Notes: generated by a model from the sequence alone, not told the origin. Positions 17,815 to 55,025 are shown, counted from the stretch's first letter. The stretch: 64,000 nt of DNA from the human T2T-CHM13v2.0 reference genome, Homo sapiens (GCF_009914755.1 NC_060941.1), one strand, 5' to 3'. Program-made: numbers and translations.

Positions 17815-18320
17815 TGTATTAGTTTCCTGTTGCCACTTTAATAAGTTACCACAAACTGTTGGCTTAAAAACAACACATATTTATTTTCTTACAGTTCTGG
17901 AGGCCAGAAGTCTGAAATCAGTTTCGTTGGACTGCAATCAGGATGTTGGCAAGGCTGAAAGGGATAATCTGTTTCCTTGTCTTTTTCAGAGTCTAGAACT
18001 ATATTCTTTGGCTCATGGGCTCTTTCACCATCTTCAAAGTCAGCAACATAGCATCTTCTCCCTTTGACTTTGCTTCCCACTGTTTCCACCACATGGCTTT
18101 CTTCTCTTCTATGTAGTCAAACCTCCTTCTGCCTCCTTCTTATAAGAACACATGTTATCGCATTAAGGGCCCACCTGCGTAATTGAGGATAATCTCTCCA
18201 TCTCAAGATCCTTAACTTATCACATCTGCAAAATCATTTTTTGGTAAAACAAGGTAACATTCACACGTTTCAGGTATTGGACATGAATTTATTTTGGGGG
18301 GTATTCTTCAGACTACCAAA
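17815..18320 (-). mobile_element. MaLR solo LTR (MLT1-type), reverse
   Basis: tgtattagtttcctg start, cagttctggaggccagaagtc, ataatctctccatctcaagatcc motifs. Confidence 0.8.
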
Positions 18321-18333
18321 ATGGAACAAATTA

Positions 18334-18549
<216 letters not shown>

Positions 18550-18634
18550 TTAATAAACGAAGAATAAATTGTATATAATACTTAAAAACTTAACTGCATA
18601 AAGAATTAAATCTGATATAAACTAAAGATAGCTA

Positions 18635-18838
<204 letters not shown>

Positions 18839-19212
18839 TCAAAGTAACAGCATTATTAATATCCTGTAGAACCAAGTTAAAGTTAAAATATAAAAATAGT
18901 TAATGGCTTTTAAATTAGTGTATTCCTCCAACACGAGTCATCATCAAGCCAAAATTCTTACTGCTGATGCTACTGAACATTCTTTATCCCCCTAATATTA
19001 GGATACACCAAATTCAATTGGTATCTGCTCAACAGAGGATGAGTTAAATAACAATCAGAAAGTGGAAAAAACAGAAAACAATTAAGAACAGCAGTAATAA
19101 GACTGATATTAAAGTTAAAATAAGAGTAAAATGTCTTTTTAAAATTTGAATTAAGCCATTTGTGGCCTAGACATATGTGGTTCCTTATTTGATAACCTTT
19201 GCATTTTATTCA

Positions 19213-19461
<249 letters not shown>

Positions 19462-19492
19462 TCATAAATATTTCTAAAATTTATATGATTTT

Positions 19493-23392
<3,900 letters not shown>

Positions 23393-23783
23393 ACATCCTA
23401 ACATTTAAATGATAAAATTTTAAATCGCCAATTTTAGTAAATGAAGTTAACTTACTCAGTTTATTAGGGGCTATATCTTAGATGGTACATGAGAAAAGTT
23501 TAAATGTTCTATAGATACTTTACTAGACCATTTTTTTACATCTTTCAAAAATGTTCAGCTAAAATAATTGCCTCAAGCTTTATGACACAGAAGTTAGTGA
23601 CCTTAATCTTTTTTGTTCATATAATAGATTAATCAAAATTATTTTTAATTATGTTAGTTATACAATATAAACATTCACTAAAGAAAAAAGTAAAAAGCAC
23701 CCACAACCCCACATCTTAATATTTTAATATATATAAAACCTTCAAACTGGTTTTCTATTCATTAAAAATGAAACAAAATGTTA

Positions 23784-24047
<264 letters not shown>

Positions 24048-24203
24048 CTATAAAATAAAAAATTAAGGTATTATCATACTATACAATCTTAGAGAAATAT
24101 TGCATTTAAAATGTAATTCTTATCTACCCAATTATAAGATAATTGGAAAATGACAGCTAAGCCAAAAATTGCACTTAGTTTTGCATAGTATCATAAAAAT
24201 GTT

Positions 24204-24509
<306 letters not shown>

Positions 24510-24526
24510 TCATTGAACTTCGGTCA

Positions 24527-24736
<210 letters not shown>

Positions 24737-24962
24737 CTAAGAAGTATAGGCAAATATTACAAATGTTAAACTTCCAAAAGAGAATAACAGGAACTGTGGG
24801 TCTAAAACTCTAAAAACTTTTTACTAGAAAATTTACACAAAACCTAATTTAAATGAAAATTTAACGATTGTTTTCTTATCTATTATGTAGGCTTTTAATA
24901 AGTAGCCAATTTTACCAATGGGTTCTGAATTAAAGGACTATTTAAAACCTATAAAACTTTCT

Positions 24963-25292
<330 letters not shown>

Positions 25293-25684
25293 TTAATAAT
25301 GCCATTGACTAGTCCTGTTGAAGTCTATAAAATAAATTCAAAATTTCTTCTAACAACTTAATATGGTTAATTGCTTTCTCCTTTTCTTGCAACCTGTCTT
25401 GTTTAGGTACATGCTACATTTTTCTATTTAGGCTCATGAATTTAAAAATTGGCTTATAAAAGTAACACAGGAGAAACATTTAATGTACTTAATGGAATTT
25501 TTTTATTCTGTATTATTACTGTCATATGACTATAAAGTTTATCTTTTATAAATTCTCTAAGATTTATATTATGATATTAAAGTAAAATCAATATAATAGA
25601 ACTTGGCTTTTAGATAATCAATTTGAATACAGAAAAGTAGTATCTGAAACTTCTGACAACATTAAACTGTTTTACATAATTTTA

Positions 25685-26254
<570 letters not shown>

Positions 26255-26391
26255 TTAAGGGATAAAACTGAGACAAAGATAGGTCTCTTTGTCTGAGGCT
26301 ATCTCAAATAGCTTACCAAATTTATAAAGGTGGCTACAGGTAGAGCTAGGCCAGAAAGAAACCACGTTTCCAGACTTATTTAATGTTCTAG

Positions 26392-26568
<177 letters not shown>

Positions 26569-27247
26569 TAGACTATATACATTTATTTCATACTTTACAG
26601 CTTCAATGGTGTACAAGTTTCATTCTTTGATGGGTGATTTGATTTTTTTACACTTCAAATCTATTCATATGTTCAAGATGAGTGTATCAATCTCGATAAT
26701 GGTTTGTTTTTACCCACATATGAGTATAATTTTGGGCACAACTGCATCCTGGGTAGCTGACAGATATAATTAAGCTCTGGCCAACTTGGCCTATAAATCA
26801 AAAGGGAAGATCAAAACCTTCATCAAAAAAGGAATGAGAGCTGTCATAATCATTCTTGTCACTATAAATAACTTGGAATCACTGTGTAAAGTACTTAATG
26901 TATATTATATCATATTACTCTCATCTTACAGATAAGAAAACATGCTCAGAAAGTTAGAGTTTCCCCGAAGTCACAAAGCAGGTAAATGGCAGAGCTGAGA
27001 TTCAAACCTCAGTACAACTCTAAAGCCTCTAAATAGAGTGGGTCAATAGTGACTTCTCAATCACCAGAGTGATTTGCACAGGCAAATCTACTTGACAATT
27101 ATGCCACAGAAGACTCAAATGTCATATGGGTATCTGGACTATATGGTTTTCAAGCTCTTAATTCCCACCCTCAGATTCTAGAATTCTATGATACTTTATG
27201 AAGTAAAGTCCTCATTATAATTTTATACATAAAATATTCAACACTAG

Positions 27248-28458
<1,211 letters not shown>

Positions 28459-29184
28459 TTATTTCACTGACTGGTTTTTTTAAATTCTACTGTGTAAACA
28501 GAATCATAATCCAGTTGATGTTTTCTTGGTAATTATAGCCCCGAAATTGCTTGCTAATGGTGTGACCTACACTTGCTTTCTATTTTCCCCTAGAGACTGA
28601 AGAAACATATTTAAAATGGAATTGAAAAAGCCAGAATTTTCACTCAAAATTAAAGAAATGATTACTATGAAAGTGTAACAAAATTCTATTTTCTAAGTAT
28701 AATTAAATGTAAAAAAGGTATCTAGCAATATTCATCAAACTATTCAAAGGGTTTCTAAATCACAAATCAAATAAATATTGACTACATTGACAGCTAATTA
28801 AAATATAAAATGGTATAATGTTATGGGGTTCAAATTATAGGAATGTCTAATGAGATTCAATATTTTGGTTCTGCATCTCTTTGGATTAAGTCTAAAGGAA
28901 GTCCACTGATCTTTATTTTCAAGAGTATTTATAAGCAATACAGTTAGGCACGGGTAGAATGAAAGAAAAAAAGTATGTAACAAGCAAGTCTTAAACAGCT
29001 GTCGTTTTCTTAGCTACAACAAAGAACTATTTCTTGGTTTGGTAGAGATTAACTATAAATTATTTTATCTCTAAACTGTAACAAATGAAGAATCTTCAAG
29101 TTATTAAAACATCAGACCCTACAGAGGCAACAGAAAATTTATTTATAACCCATAATTTCTTCCTACCTGATGGGATCCCTCATT

Positions 29185-29390
29185 AGGGATCAGCAAACTT
29201 GTTCTGTAAAGGGTCAGATAATAAATATTTTTGTCTTTGCAGCCACACAGTCTCTATGAAAACTACTCAGCTCCAATGTTGTAGCACAAAAGCAGCCAGA
29301 GAAAATACATAAATGAGGATGGCTGTGTTCCAATAAAATTTTATCTACAAAAACAGCTGGTGGAGCAGGCCACATTTTGCTAACACCAGC
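29185..29390 (+). mobile_element. MER58A (hAT-Charlie) relic
   Basis: agggatcagcaaactt...gtaaagggtcagata; ggctgtgttccaataaaattttat. Confidence 0.75.
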
Positions 29391-29394
29391 CTTA

Positions 29395-29607
<213 letters not shown>

Positions 29608-30981
29608 CTACAAATATACATACAGAAAGCAGAATTAGTAAATTTATTATTGTATTTAGATACACATTATAAAACCAACCATGAAAGCTACTTAAAATAA
29701 GCTTAACCATTTGCAATTAACAGTTATGATAAAAATATCAAGGGTGTTTTTAGAAGTAGGCCAAAAAAATAAACATATCAAGGGTGAAATGGTGCCATAG
29801 GTCTTTTTCATTTTTACATTAGAAATTCATTAATTTTTTTTCAAAATTAAAATATCTCTAATGAAAAAACACCTAGATAACAATAGTACTAGAACCATTT
29901 TGTTTGAATAAAAGCTTGCAGAATGCAGACATAAGTGAGCATAAAAATGCAGTCATTTTAGGTATACATTAACACCAATTCATGAATTATGAATACAAAT
30001 ATCCCTAAATCAAAGCAAAATAAAAATTGTTATACAAATATATTTATACACCTTCTCCCTCTAGTTCTGTGAGTCACTGATTTTTGTTATTAGAAGCCCA
30101 ATGTTAAATAAATTTAAAACATTGGATTAAGCAAACTTAGAAGAGTTCTTTACTGTAAGAATTTCAAAGCCTTTAAAAACCTAATATGAATTGTAAATCT
30201 CTAAAAGGTAATATAATATACAATGTTTCCCCAAGCCTATTTAACTATGGAACTTTTTCTCTGAGAGGATTTTACCGGACTGATATTCCAAATAACACCC
30301 TTTGGGAAATGTTTATTTATTAAAAACACACTACAAATACCTTGTAATTATGTGGAAAATTTTAAAAGGAAGCTAAACTAACATACACTAACATTCAGAT
30401 TGTATAAGGAATCAAAATTTAAAGACTAAATTTCGAAGCCTTTGTGGAAAAAGGAGGGAATAATAAAGTAAGACTTTATGTCCCATAACACTTATAATTT
30501 ACAATTATTGCGCCTGGTGATGGATATGTGAGAATTATAACTTAAAAGAAGAGGCAAGAATTTCAGACCTGAAATGGACCTTAGTGATATCTAGCATAGA
30601 TTTATTTTACATATGAGGAAAGTGAGGCCTAGTGTCACTACCTGAAATCCTAGAGAATAAAGACTAGAATTTTTGTAAATGTAACTTTTTTCCTGGCTAT
30701 TTAACATTGTTACCCTTTGTTTTAGAAAAAGCCACATTAAAAGGGATATATATCTATATGCCCTCAATGTTTCTTCCTCCTATAGGGGGATAGCCACTCT
30801 GACCCACGGCATACACATCTAACAGACTGGGTCAAACTCAGCAAAGAATGTAACTGGCTAGTATGAGAAATAAACATCTAATCTGACATCATCACTGTGT
30901 CCCAATCAACTGAACTGCCCAGTATGCTGTATATACAACAATACAAATCGTAAGGTAGTTTTAAAATGTCATCTCTTTTTA

Positions 30982-34929
<3,948 letters not shown>

Positions 34930-35678
34930 ATATTTTCATTGACCTGCATTTTTCACAGAATATTAGTTTTGTAATGAGATTTAAATTATTTAGCCATTAA
35001 AAGAGGGAGAAAAGGAAAATATAGGCAAATCTACTACTTTCATATGTAATACATTCCAAATCCATACACAAAAGTCAAAGATTTCAAGACGTATCATTCC
35101 AAATATATCTGAAAAACTCCAATTACGGCCCACCTTTCAGAGACAATCTTCAACAAATAATTCAAATATTTGGAATGGCATTTTCATCACAGCTGACAAT
35201 AAATCTGCATACCTATTATGAGAATTCATTTGCTACTCTGGTCACAACCAGCAAATTTCTTCTTAGTTGTAATTCTTTTTAAATGAAGACCTTAGGGGGC
35301 CTTTTATCACTAGTATAACCCTCATTTCCCACTCCACCTCCCTTTTTCATTTAATTTTGTAAAATAAATAACAAAAGTATTTTTTTTGCCTTTAAAAAAA
35401 AAATCTAAGCAGTATGTCCCTTTCTTCATGTAAAATCTTGAGGGAAAGCCCCCTATGTGTAAGAACAGACCTAAGAGAAGCCACTCCTTTTGAAGTGGAG
35501 TTGGAGAGTTGAGTAAGCTGAATGTTGGAAATGGTGGGAAAAAAAGCTAGGATTGGACCACAGTGGCCTTAAGAATATATCACAAATATATTTAAAGAAA
35601 ACTAATGTGCTTATTCTAGTTGGGCACAGAAATCTGAGGACTGATATAAAATTAGTCATTATATATCACTATAAATTA

Positions 35679-35873
<195 letters not shown>

Positions 35874-36611
35874 TTAAGAATTGCTATTGCCAACACAAAT
35901 AAAATTTTAAGATAATACAAAACACATATAGGGAAGTTCAGGTCTTCAGCATCAAGAAGATTAAACCCTTACTTGTGCAGAGAATTGCATTAAGTTCTAC
36001 AAGATGATCTGTAAAAAGGTTCTTCTAGATTCTTACAACCAAGAAGACACACAATAAAAAGTTACTGTAACTTATTTCCATAAAAAGTCATTCATTAGCT
36101 GATTAATCAATTTATAAATTAATCAAATAAATTTCTTTCTTTTTGCATTTATGTTGGCTGTTTTGGTGCTGTAGGTATTTTACCAGAAAGAAGTCTGCCT
36201 CACATTGAAATTATATCCCATCATTAGCACTACTATGGTAAAGTGAATAAAGACTGGTCATAATTATTAAAGTTTAATTTGAAAAAAAAAGTAGACTTTA
36301 ACAATTCTAAAATACAGAAATTATACAGTAACTTGCTCACACTGCTAAAAAGTATATTATCCATAAATATTTTATAAGCTTATACATCTTAAATATTTAT
36401 AAATTATCAAATTATGACCTGCATTTCTGACCAACTATCAGAATGGGTATGAAAGGTGCTCCTCATAAATGTCAAATGGCTAAAGGAAAAATCACTAAAA
36501 GATATTGATATAATAAATGTGGCCCCCAGAATGGTCCAGTTGTACCACTAAACCTGTTTGAGCACAGTTATATTAAATTATTCAATTTTAATTCGTTATT
36601 ACCTTTGCCTA

Positions 36612-37379
<768 letters not shown>

Positions 37380-37539
37380 GATGATCACAAAAAAATACCT
37401 ATCAAGTACTATGCTTATTACCTGCATGACAAAATAATCTGTATGCTGACCCCCAGGACACAAGTTTACCTTTTACTTAATATAACAAACCTGGCACATG
37501 TACCCATAACCTAAAAGTTAAAAAAAAAGGAGTGATCAT

Positions 37540-39510
<1,971 letters not shown>

Positions 39511-39609
39511 TAATTTTTGTTCAGCAAGTATGTATTTTTTATAATTAGAACAGAGCTTTGTCTATCTTCAACAAAATTAATGTTGTCATTAAAATATACA
39601 AACTATACT

Positions 39610-39935
<326 letters not shown>

Positions 39936-40373
39936 CTATACTTTGTAGACTTTTAAATTCATTCAAACATAACCTTCTTTCAAGATGTTAAAACTAAATA
40001 AACAAATCCAAACATCTATTTTAATATCCTGATCATCTACTGTGTTCATTATTCTAGGTGTTTAGATTATAGACAAAAATCTTTGCCTTTACACAGAACT
40101 TTGCAAAGAGTGTACTTAATGGGGGTAAGAAACAACAATTAATAAATTTTATTATGTTAGAAGGTAATAGTCCACACTATGGAAAAAAAGCAAGATGGAG
40201 AACAAGAAGAAGGGTTTGCATTTTTATAATGAGAAGATGATATCTGACAAGATTTAAAGGAGACAGAGTTATCCACATAAATATCTGGAAAACGAGTATC
40301 CAAGAGGGAGGAAACATGCCAAGGGCTCTAATGCAGGAGCTTGCCACCATTTCATGATGCTGCTATAATTTAA

Positions 40374-40704
<331 letters not shown>

Positions 40705-41108
40705 CATTATTTGTTTTTAATACTGAAAATTTTTAATTGAAATATAAAGGCTTTTCTTTCTTCTCTCAAACTCCTGGTCTCAAGCAATACTCCCGCCTCA
40801 GCCTCCCAAAATGCTGGGATTACAGAGGTGAGCCATGGTGCCCAGCCCCATTTCTCTCTTTCTTGTACTAAATTATTTTCTTTGGACAAGTTGTTAAGAA
40901 ATTCATTTTCAAGTCTGCAGCTTTCTGTTTACATCAGTGCTTACTGTTATTCAAAAAACATATACCAGGTAAAGCTCAATATTTTCCATTATTTGGCAAA
41001 TAAGTTGGTTCTTAAAAACAAAATAATTATAAAGAGTGCCACTAATCCTCCTGCTGCTGTCATTACCACTACTAACATCTGAGTTCTTACTATGTGCCAA
41101 AAACTGCC

Positions 41109-41492
41109 TTTTTTTTTTTTTCTTCAGACCGAGTTTCACTCTTGTTGCCGGGCTGGAGCGAAATGGCAGGATCTCAGGCTCATTGCAACCTCCAAAACTG
41201 CTTTTTATTTTTTTTATTTTTTTTCAGACCGAGTTTCACTCTTGTCGCCTGGGCTGGAGTACAATGGCAGGATCTCGGGCTCACTGCAATATCCACCTCA
41301 TGGGGTCAAGCAATTCTCCTGCCTTAGCCTCCCGAGTAGCTGGGATTATAGGCATGCGCCACCATGCCCAGCTAATTTTTGTATTTTTAGTAGAGATGGG
41401 GTTTCACTAGGTTGGTCAGGCTGGTCTCAAACTCCTGGGTGGCTCATGCCTGGAATCCCAGCACTTTGTGGGGGGCCAAGGTGGGCGGATCA
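41109..41492 (-). mobile_element. Rearranged Alu (duplicated 3' end, inverted 5' end) inside a MIR
   Basis: Two T-tail plus Alu-3' segments, then a switch to sense Alu 5' sequence at ~41438. Confidence 0.8.
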
Positions 41493-41605
41493 ACTGCTCT
41501 GTATTTCATTTGATTCTCTCAATACCCTGTAAAGTAAATCTATTATTGACCCTATTTTAAGAAATCAAGGCACAGAAAGGTTAACTAACTTGGCCCAAGG
41601 TAGCA

Positions 41606-41653
41606 GGTAGTATATAGTGCTAGAGTCATGGTAGTATATAGTGCTAGAGTCAT
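41606..41653. repeat. Perfect 24-bp tandem duplication (ggtagtatatagtgctagagtcat x2)
   Basis: Direct reading. Confidence 0.95.
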
Positions 41654-42271
41654 GTTTCAAACCCAGGCAGTCTGAGTCCACAGCCTATGATCTTAACTAC
41701 TCTATATGGCTTAAAATAATCTTTCCTTTTTTTTGAATACCTATGATATTTATTTGTGTCTTTCCCTTTTTAAATTTGGTCCCTGAGAATGAATAATTGG
41801 ATAAATGCTGATACTGTCATATACATGAACTTAATCACTGGTCCATGTGTTGTCCTCTTACATTTCAAAAATTTTCTTTAATAATAAAATGAACAACTGT
41901 AATCTCACTGCCCAAGAACTAGAACATTACCAAAAACGATCTTATTAAATGTTTCTCCCTATCCCTATCTCTTGGTCATTTTTGGACACATGTGAAATTT
42001 CAAGAATTAACCAATATTCTCAATTTTATGTGCATGTAAATAATACATTTAGTTGTGCTTGTTTCAAAACTTTATTAACGGTAATACATTAAAGAGGTAT
42101 TTTTAAAGGGTATCTGACTATATGTAATCTTCTGGGACTTGTTCCCTCTTCCTCTCCTCAATAGTATCACTAAGATTCATCTATTTGTTATACATAACTG
42201 TAATTCATTTTCAGAAGCCATATAACATTCCATCTGTACTATCATGATTACTCAACCCTGCAAACATGGCC

Positions 42272-44875
<2,604 letters not shown>

Positions 44876-45140
44876 AGCAGACCACTAGCAATGTTATGCT
44901 AATAAATATATGGAATGTGCCTTTCATATTCCTACATAAGTATATAATTACAGATTTATAATAACCATACTTTTATTGGTGAAATTAAACTAAACTGCTA
45001 AGAAATTCTCCCTTTAAAAACATCATCCATAAAGAGTTTTAAGTCCAACTTTAAATGTATTTGCCACATGGGAAACTGCCTTTATTACTTTTTCCTAAGA
45101 ATGTAACTAAAGGGAAATAAGCAAACAAAAAAGTATTTTA

Positions 45141-46121
<981 letters not shown>

Positions 46122-46371
46122 TTAGTAATGTGAAATACAACTAAAAACGTCCCAAATGTTTTTCAATTACATAGAAAATTATGAAAGGACAAGTATTGCA
46201 AGAATTACAAGCACAGTCAATTCTTATTTCTGGTTAACATATCTACTCTAAGTGATTGTTGTTGACTAAGGATCAATTAACAAGTTCAAAAATCATTAAT
46301 AAGCACTCTATACACTAATGCATACCTAGACATCCATATTTACTATCTATAAATTTTGTTTACTAGAAATA

Positions 46372-46560
46372 CTTATATTTCCTTGATTCTAAGATGCTAC
46401 TGACTATAAAAAAAGAAAAATGATTTTAGAGATGCTCATGTGTAAAAAGGGAAAAATGGTAATTTTAAAATGCTACCACTTATAAGACATCTCAGATTCA
46501 GATTTCTTTTAGCCTTGAGTTGAAACTGACCAAGTCAGAGATGTTAAAATGTGAAAAGTG
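46372..46560. mobile_element. MER104-like (Tc2) DNA transposon relic
   Basis: atatttccttgattctaagatgc and tcagagatgttaaaatgtgaaaa motifs. Confidence 0.55.
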
Positions 46561-46688
46561 TGGAAAAGATGGCAAATGTAAAAATGGGAGCAATTTAAAA
46601 TTGCAGCCCAAAAGAAAAGGTGCTTCGGAATACAAATCAAGCATAATAGTCTTAAGTTTCCTAATAGTTTATCCATACCCAATTAACC

Positions 46689-46984
46689 TTTTTTTTTTTT
46701 TTTTTGAGACAAAGTCTCACTCTTGCCCAGGCTGGAGTGCACTGGTGCGATCTCGGCTCCCTGCAATGCCTGACTCCCAGGTTCAAGCCATTCTTGTGCC
46801 TCAGCCTCCCAAGTAGCTGGGACTACAAGCATGCGCCACCACGCTTGGCTAATTTTTGTATTTTTAGTAGAGACGAGGTTTCGTATGTTGGCCAGGCTGA
46901 TCTCAAACTCCTGACCTCAAGGGATACGCCTGCCTTGGCCTCCCAAAGTATGGGAATTACAGGCGTGATTCACTGCTCCCAGCC
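46689..46984 (-). mobile_element. AluS, only Alu in intron 15
   Basis: Full reverse Alu, ~143 nt from the exon 15 donor. Confidence 0.92.
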
Positions 46985-47099
46985 AATCACTATAATTGAT
47001 TAACCAGAAATAATTTTTAGAATTTTCAAAAACCAATTTTATTTTTCCAGCATACCAGGTAAATCTATGAAAAAAAAATTAAAGCTGTATAAGCAGTCA

Positions 47100-47324
<225 letters not shown>

Positions 47325-47583
47325 CTACAATATAAAGATGGTAGGTTTTCAGTATCTTATCTTCTAGGAGGAAAAAATAAATAAACAAACAGGCTCTGGA
47401 CCTTTTTTCCTTTCTTTAAACAGAATAAAATCTAAATACAATTCTATTATTTTCTTAAATGCATTCTTAATAGTGACAACAATAATTCAGTCCTCAACTT
47501 AGCTACAAAACCGCAACCACTATAAAATAATTTTTGACTATAGCAACAAATTAATTCTATAAGAAAATATAGGAAGTGAATTA

Positions 47584-48047
<464 letters not shown>

Positions 48048-48348
48048 CTATTTAAAAAAAGCACATATTTATCTAAAATTTTACATCCAATGTGATCTCA
48101 AAATAGTAATCATTCAGATATAACTTAACAGTAAAGCCCATTCATTAAAAGTAGTATTTTGAATCTGTGATACAGCCAAATACATACTAGTGTTGAAAGA
48201 TATAAAATATTTCTTAATCACTGACTCCAGATTAATTTATTTGGTAAGCCTCCAAATTAAAAGGAAAAAGTTCCTCCAAAGAAAATGACCAATACTTTCA
48301 AAATACACAGAAGTAAGGTTAACCTTAACTTAAAACCCAGTAATAAGA

Positions 48349-48645
<297 letters not shown>

Positions 48646-49190
48646 GAAAACCTGCAATAAGAAGGGGTTGTAATTAACATTAGAAATGCTTCTTGGTAAA
48701 AGATACTTGCAGAGAAAGCATTTGTCTCCTTAAGTTGAACACATTAAAGTTTCCTATATAATCAATCACTCACCTATCTAAATTCTTATTTATACTTTCA
48801 CCTTGTTTTAATAGTCTCCCTATTCCTGCAAAAATACTGTTAACAGGTAAAACTAAGTACAAACTTCAGAAGATCTAATGACAAAGCAATAGAGTTCCTA
48901 ACTTTTAGTAGATTGAACAAACAAGTTTTACTATCTCCAAGCTCTTACCAGTGTTTTCAGAGCTAACATTTGTTCCATGTCTTCTGTTAGACAGTCTGTG
49001 ATAAATATTAATATGTAGACCACGTTCTGACTACAATCTTTTATTTCAGAGGAACCACAGCTGATACAGGAATGGTAGTAGAGAGAAAGTATGAATGTGC
49101 CAAAGCATTCAAGGATATAGTTGCCTAGTAAAGGGTGCCCTAAAATGTACTACATTATGGGATACACAGTAAAAGTTTATGTATCTGCAA

Positions 49191-49246
49191 TATATATATA
49201 TGTATATGTACACACACACATATACACACATATAGAGATATATATG
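49191..49246. repeat. (TA)n/(CA)n compound microsatellite
   Basis: Direct reading. Confidence 0.85.
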
Positions 49247-49921
49247 TTGAGAGAGGACTAAATGCATATTATATAGGAAAGGAAAGATCAAATGTACCAT
49301 AGAAGTTTCCAAGCTACCTTTATGCAGATGAAAAGGAATTCCCTTTTATGATAATGCAGCACCCAATTCATTAATTTGACAGAGACTTGACATTCTAGGG
49401 AATCTCATTTTAAGCTTTAATTTCTTTTATCTTCACCTTTCTCTGCAAATGGGTGTTAAAGATTAAATATTATTTTTTTCCTCTTTTATTGTTATATCAT
49501 GTATCTGTCTTATAATAGCTGTGATGCAAAACAAATTCAAAAGAGCTGGTATTCCTTAATAAATTGACAAAGCAAATAACTTTAATGTCAATTATGTATG
49601 TGTTCTCTGAATGAGTAAATTCCAGAGTCATTTCTCAAACTACAGAATCAAATAGGAAAATAATTCTGCTTCCTAAAACTACAAAACAGAACATACGGCA
49701 GAGCTCAAATTAAGGTTAATCATGTGTCCCCCAAATGTAAAAACAAAAGGAGAAACAAAACCCTCAAAGTTTATAGATGACACTATGGCAAGACTACTCA
49801 AACATGAGATTTAAAAAAGAAATCAATGAATGAGGTTTTACTATATTTCCTATTGTTCAGGGCTAAAACATAGTATTAAACTCACAAATCACTTCTAAAA
49901 AATAAAAAAATAATAAAATCA

Positions 49922-50098
<177 letters not shown>

Positions 50099-50128
50099 TC
50101 AGAAAAATAAAATTAAAACTGCTACTAC

Positions 50129-50998
50129 TATGCCTGTAATCCCAGCACTTTGGGAGGCCGAGGAGGGTGGATCACGAGGTCAGGAGTTCAGGACCAGCCT
50201 GGCCAAGATGGTGAAACCCCGTCTCTACTAAAACTACAAAAATCAGCTGAGTGTGGTGGCAGGCGCATGTAATCCCAGCTACTTGGGAGGATGAGACGGA
50301 GAACTGCTTGAACCCAGGAGGCAGAGGTTGCAGTGAGCCGAGATAGCACCATTGCACTCCAGCCTGGGAGACAGAGCGAGACTCCATCTTAAAAACAAAA
50401 ACAAAAAACAAAAAAAAACCTGCTACTAATGACCACATAAGTACTATTCTTTTTAAATTAGACATATAACTTTAAGGTCATAAGGGGATTATGCAACAAG
50501 AAATTGTACTTTATTGTTTAAAATCGAGAAAGTGTTTTTATAGAAAAAAAAGTTATAAATAAATGATTATATCTTTCCCAGGAAGCTCACTATAAGGTCA
50601 GGTAATCCATAAAATAGCTAAGTACTCTACATGAATAATTAATGCATCAAATAAAAATATAAATACTATTAGAAAAACAATTAAATACACATACACATAC
50701 TTGTAATTTTTTTTTCTTTTTTTTGAGACGGGGTCTCGCTCTGTCACCACCAGGCTGAAATGCAGTGGTGCAATCACACCTCACTGTAGCCTTGACCTCT
50801 CGGGTTCAAGCAATCCTCCCACCCCAGTAGCTGGGACTACAGGCACGTGACCCTATGCCCAGTTAATTTTTTTTTTTTTCCTCGAGTTGGGGTTTTGCCA
50901 TATTGCCCAGACTGGTCTTGAGCTTCTGGGCTCAAGCAATCTGCCCACCTCTGTTTCTGAAGTGCTGGGATTACAGGTGTGAGCCACCTCACCTGGCC
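50129..50998. mobile_element. Alu (+, ~50129-50418) and AluJ (-, ~50707-50998)
   Basis: Alu consensus. Confidence 0.87.
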
Positions 50999-51699
50999 TG
51001 TATTTTTCTATCTTTCTGAAATGTAAACGAAGAACAGAACAATGATCAAGAGCTGACTCTTGGGCCAGACAGACTTTAATCTGAATCCCAGCTCCACCAC
51101 TAACAGTATGACCCTCGACAAATTACTTAATGTCTCTGTGCCTCAATACCAAGAATAAAATGTAATAGAATGTTGGTAATGTGCTTCGCCCAGTACTAGG
51201 TGCTTAAGTACTAGATAAATATTACCGCTTAGTTACCGTACTACAATTTTATTTTCCTACCCTCTCGCCCTGTTTTAGGGTAACAAAAACATGATACCAA
51301 TTACAATGAAAATTAAACTCCCAATATATTCCTGCACAAGAAAAACAATTTGATACATAACCTTCCAAATCATTCTCTGTTAACTGACTTGAGAGTCCTC
51401 GTTTTCAGAAAGATAAAAGTCACTTCCCCAGTGTCTCTGGTGTGTCAGTTCTAAAGATTCACTAGAGTTGTGCCTTTGAAATTTTAAAAGTAAAAATCAT
51501 CTAAGATACTTACTAAAAACCAAGATTTTGAAGCTCCACCTTGGAGATACTCCAGAATGTAGCATATGTCTCACATTTTGAGAAAGCTGAACTACAGGCA
51601 CAAGAAGGGGCTTACATGTTTCCTATATCCCAGGGAACATCCTAGCATAGGTAAGTAGCCCAAACAACCCAATTTGTTTCCGAGTTTTTTCGTTTTTTT

Positions 51700-52910
<1,211 letters not shown>

Positions 52911-53303
52911 GCAAAGAATCCAAACTGTTGAATTTTCAAGCTACCTAGACCATTTGTTCATTGTTCAGATAGATTTTTTTCTTATTTTTGGTTATCCACA
53001 GACTGACCCTCTATTTATTCCAAATATTAAAACTTTGTCATCGAAAACACACACCAGAAGATGACTTACTTTGCCCACATCAAAAGTTAAATGGATTTTG
53101 CTGTACATCATAGTGAATAATAACATATTGTATACTTGCAAATTGCTGAAAGTAGATTTTAAGTATTCTCACCCACACGCACAAAAAAGGTATGTAAGGT
53201 AATGCATATGTTAAACAGCTTGATCTACCCATTCCACTATATATACATACACACACATATACACACACACATATATATACACACTCACACATATATATGT
53301 AAA

Positions 53304-55025
<1,722 letters not shown>

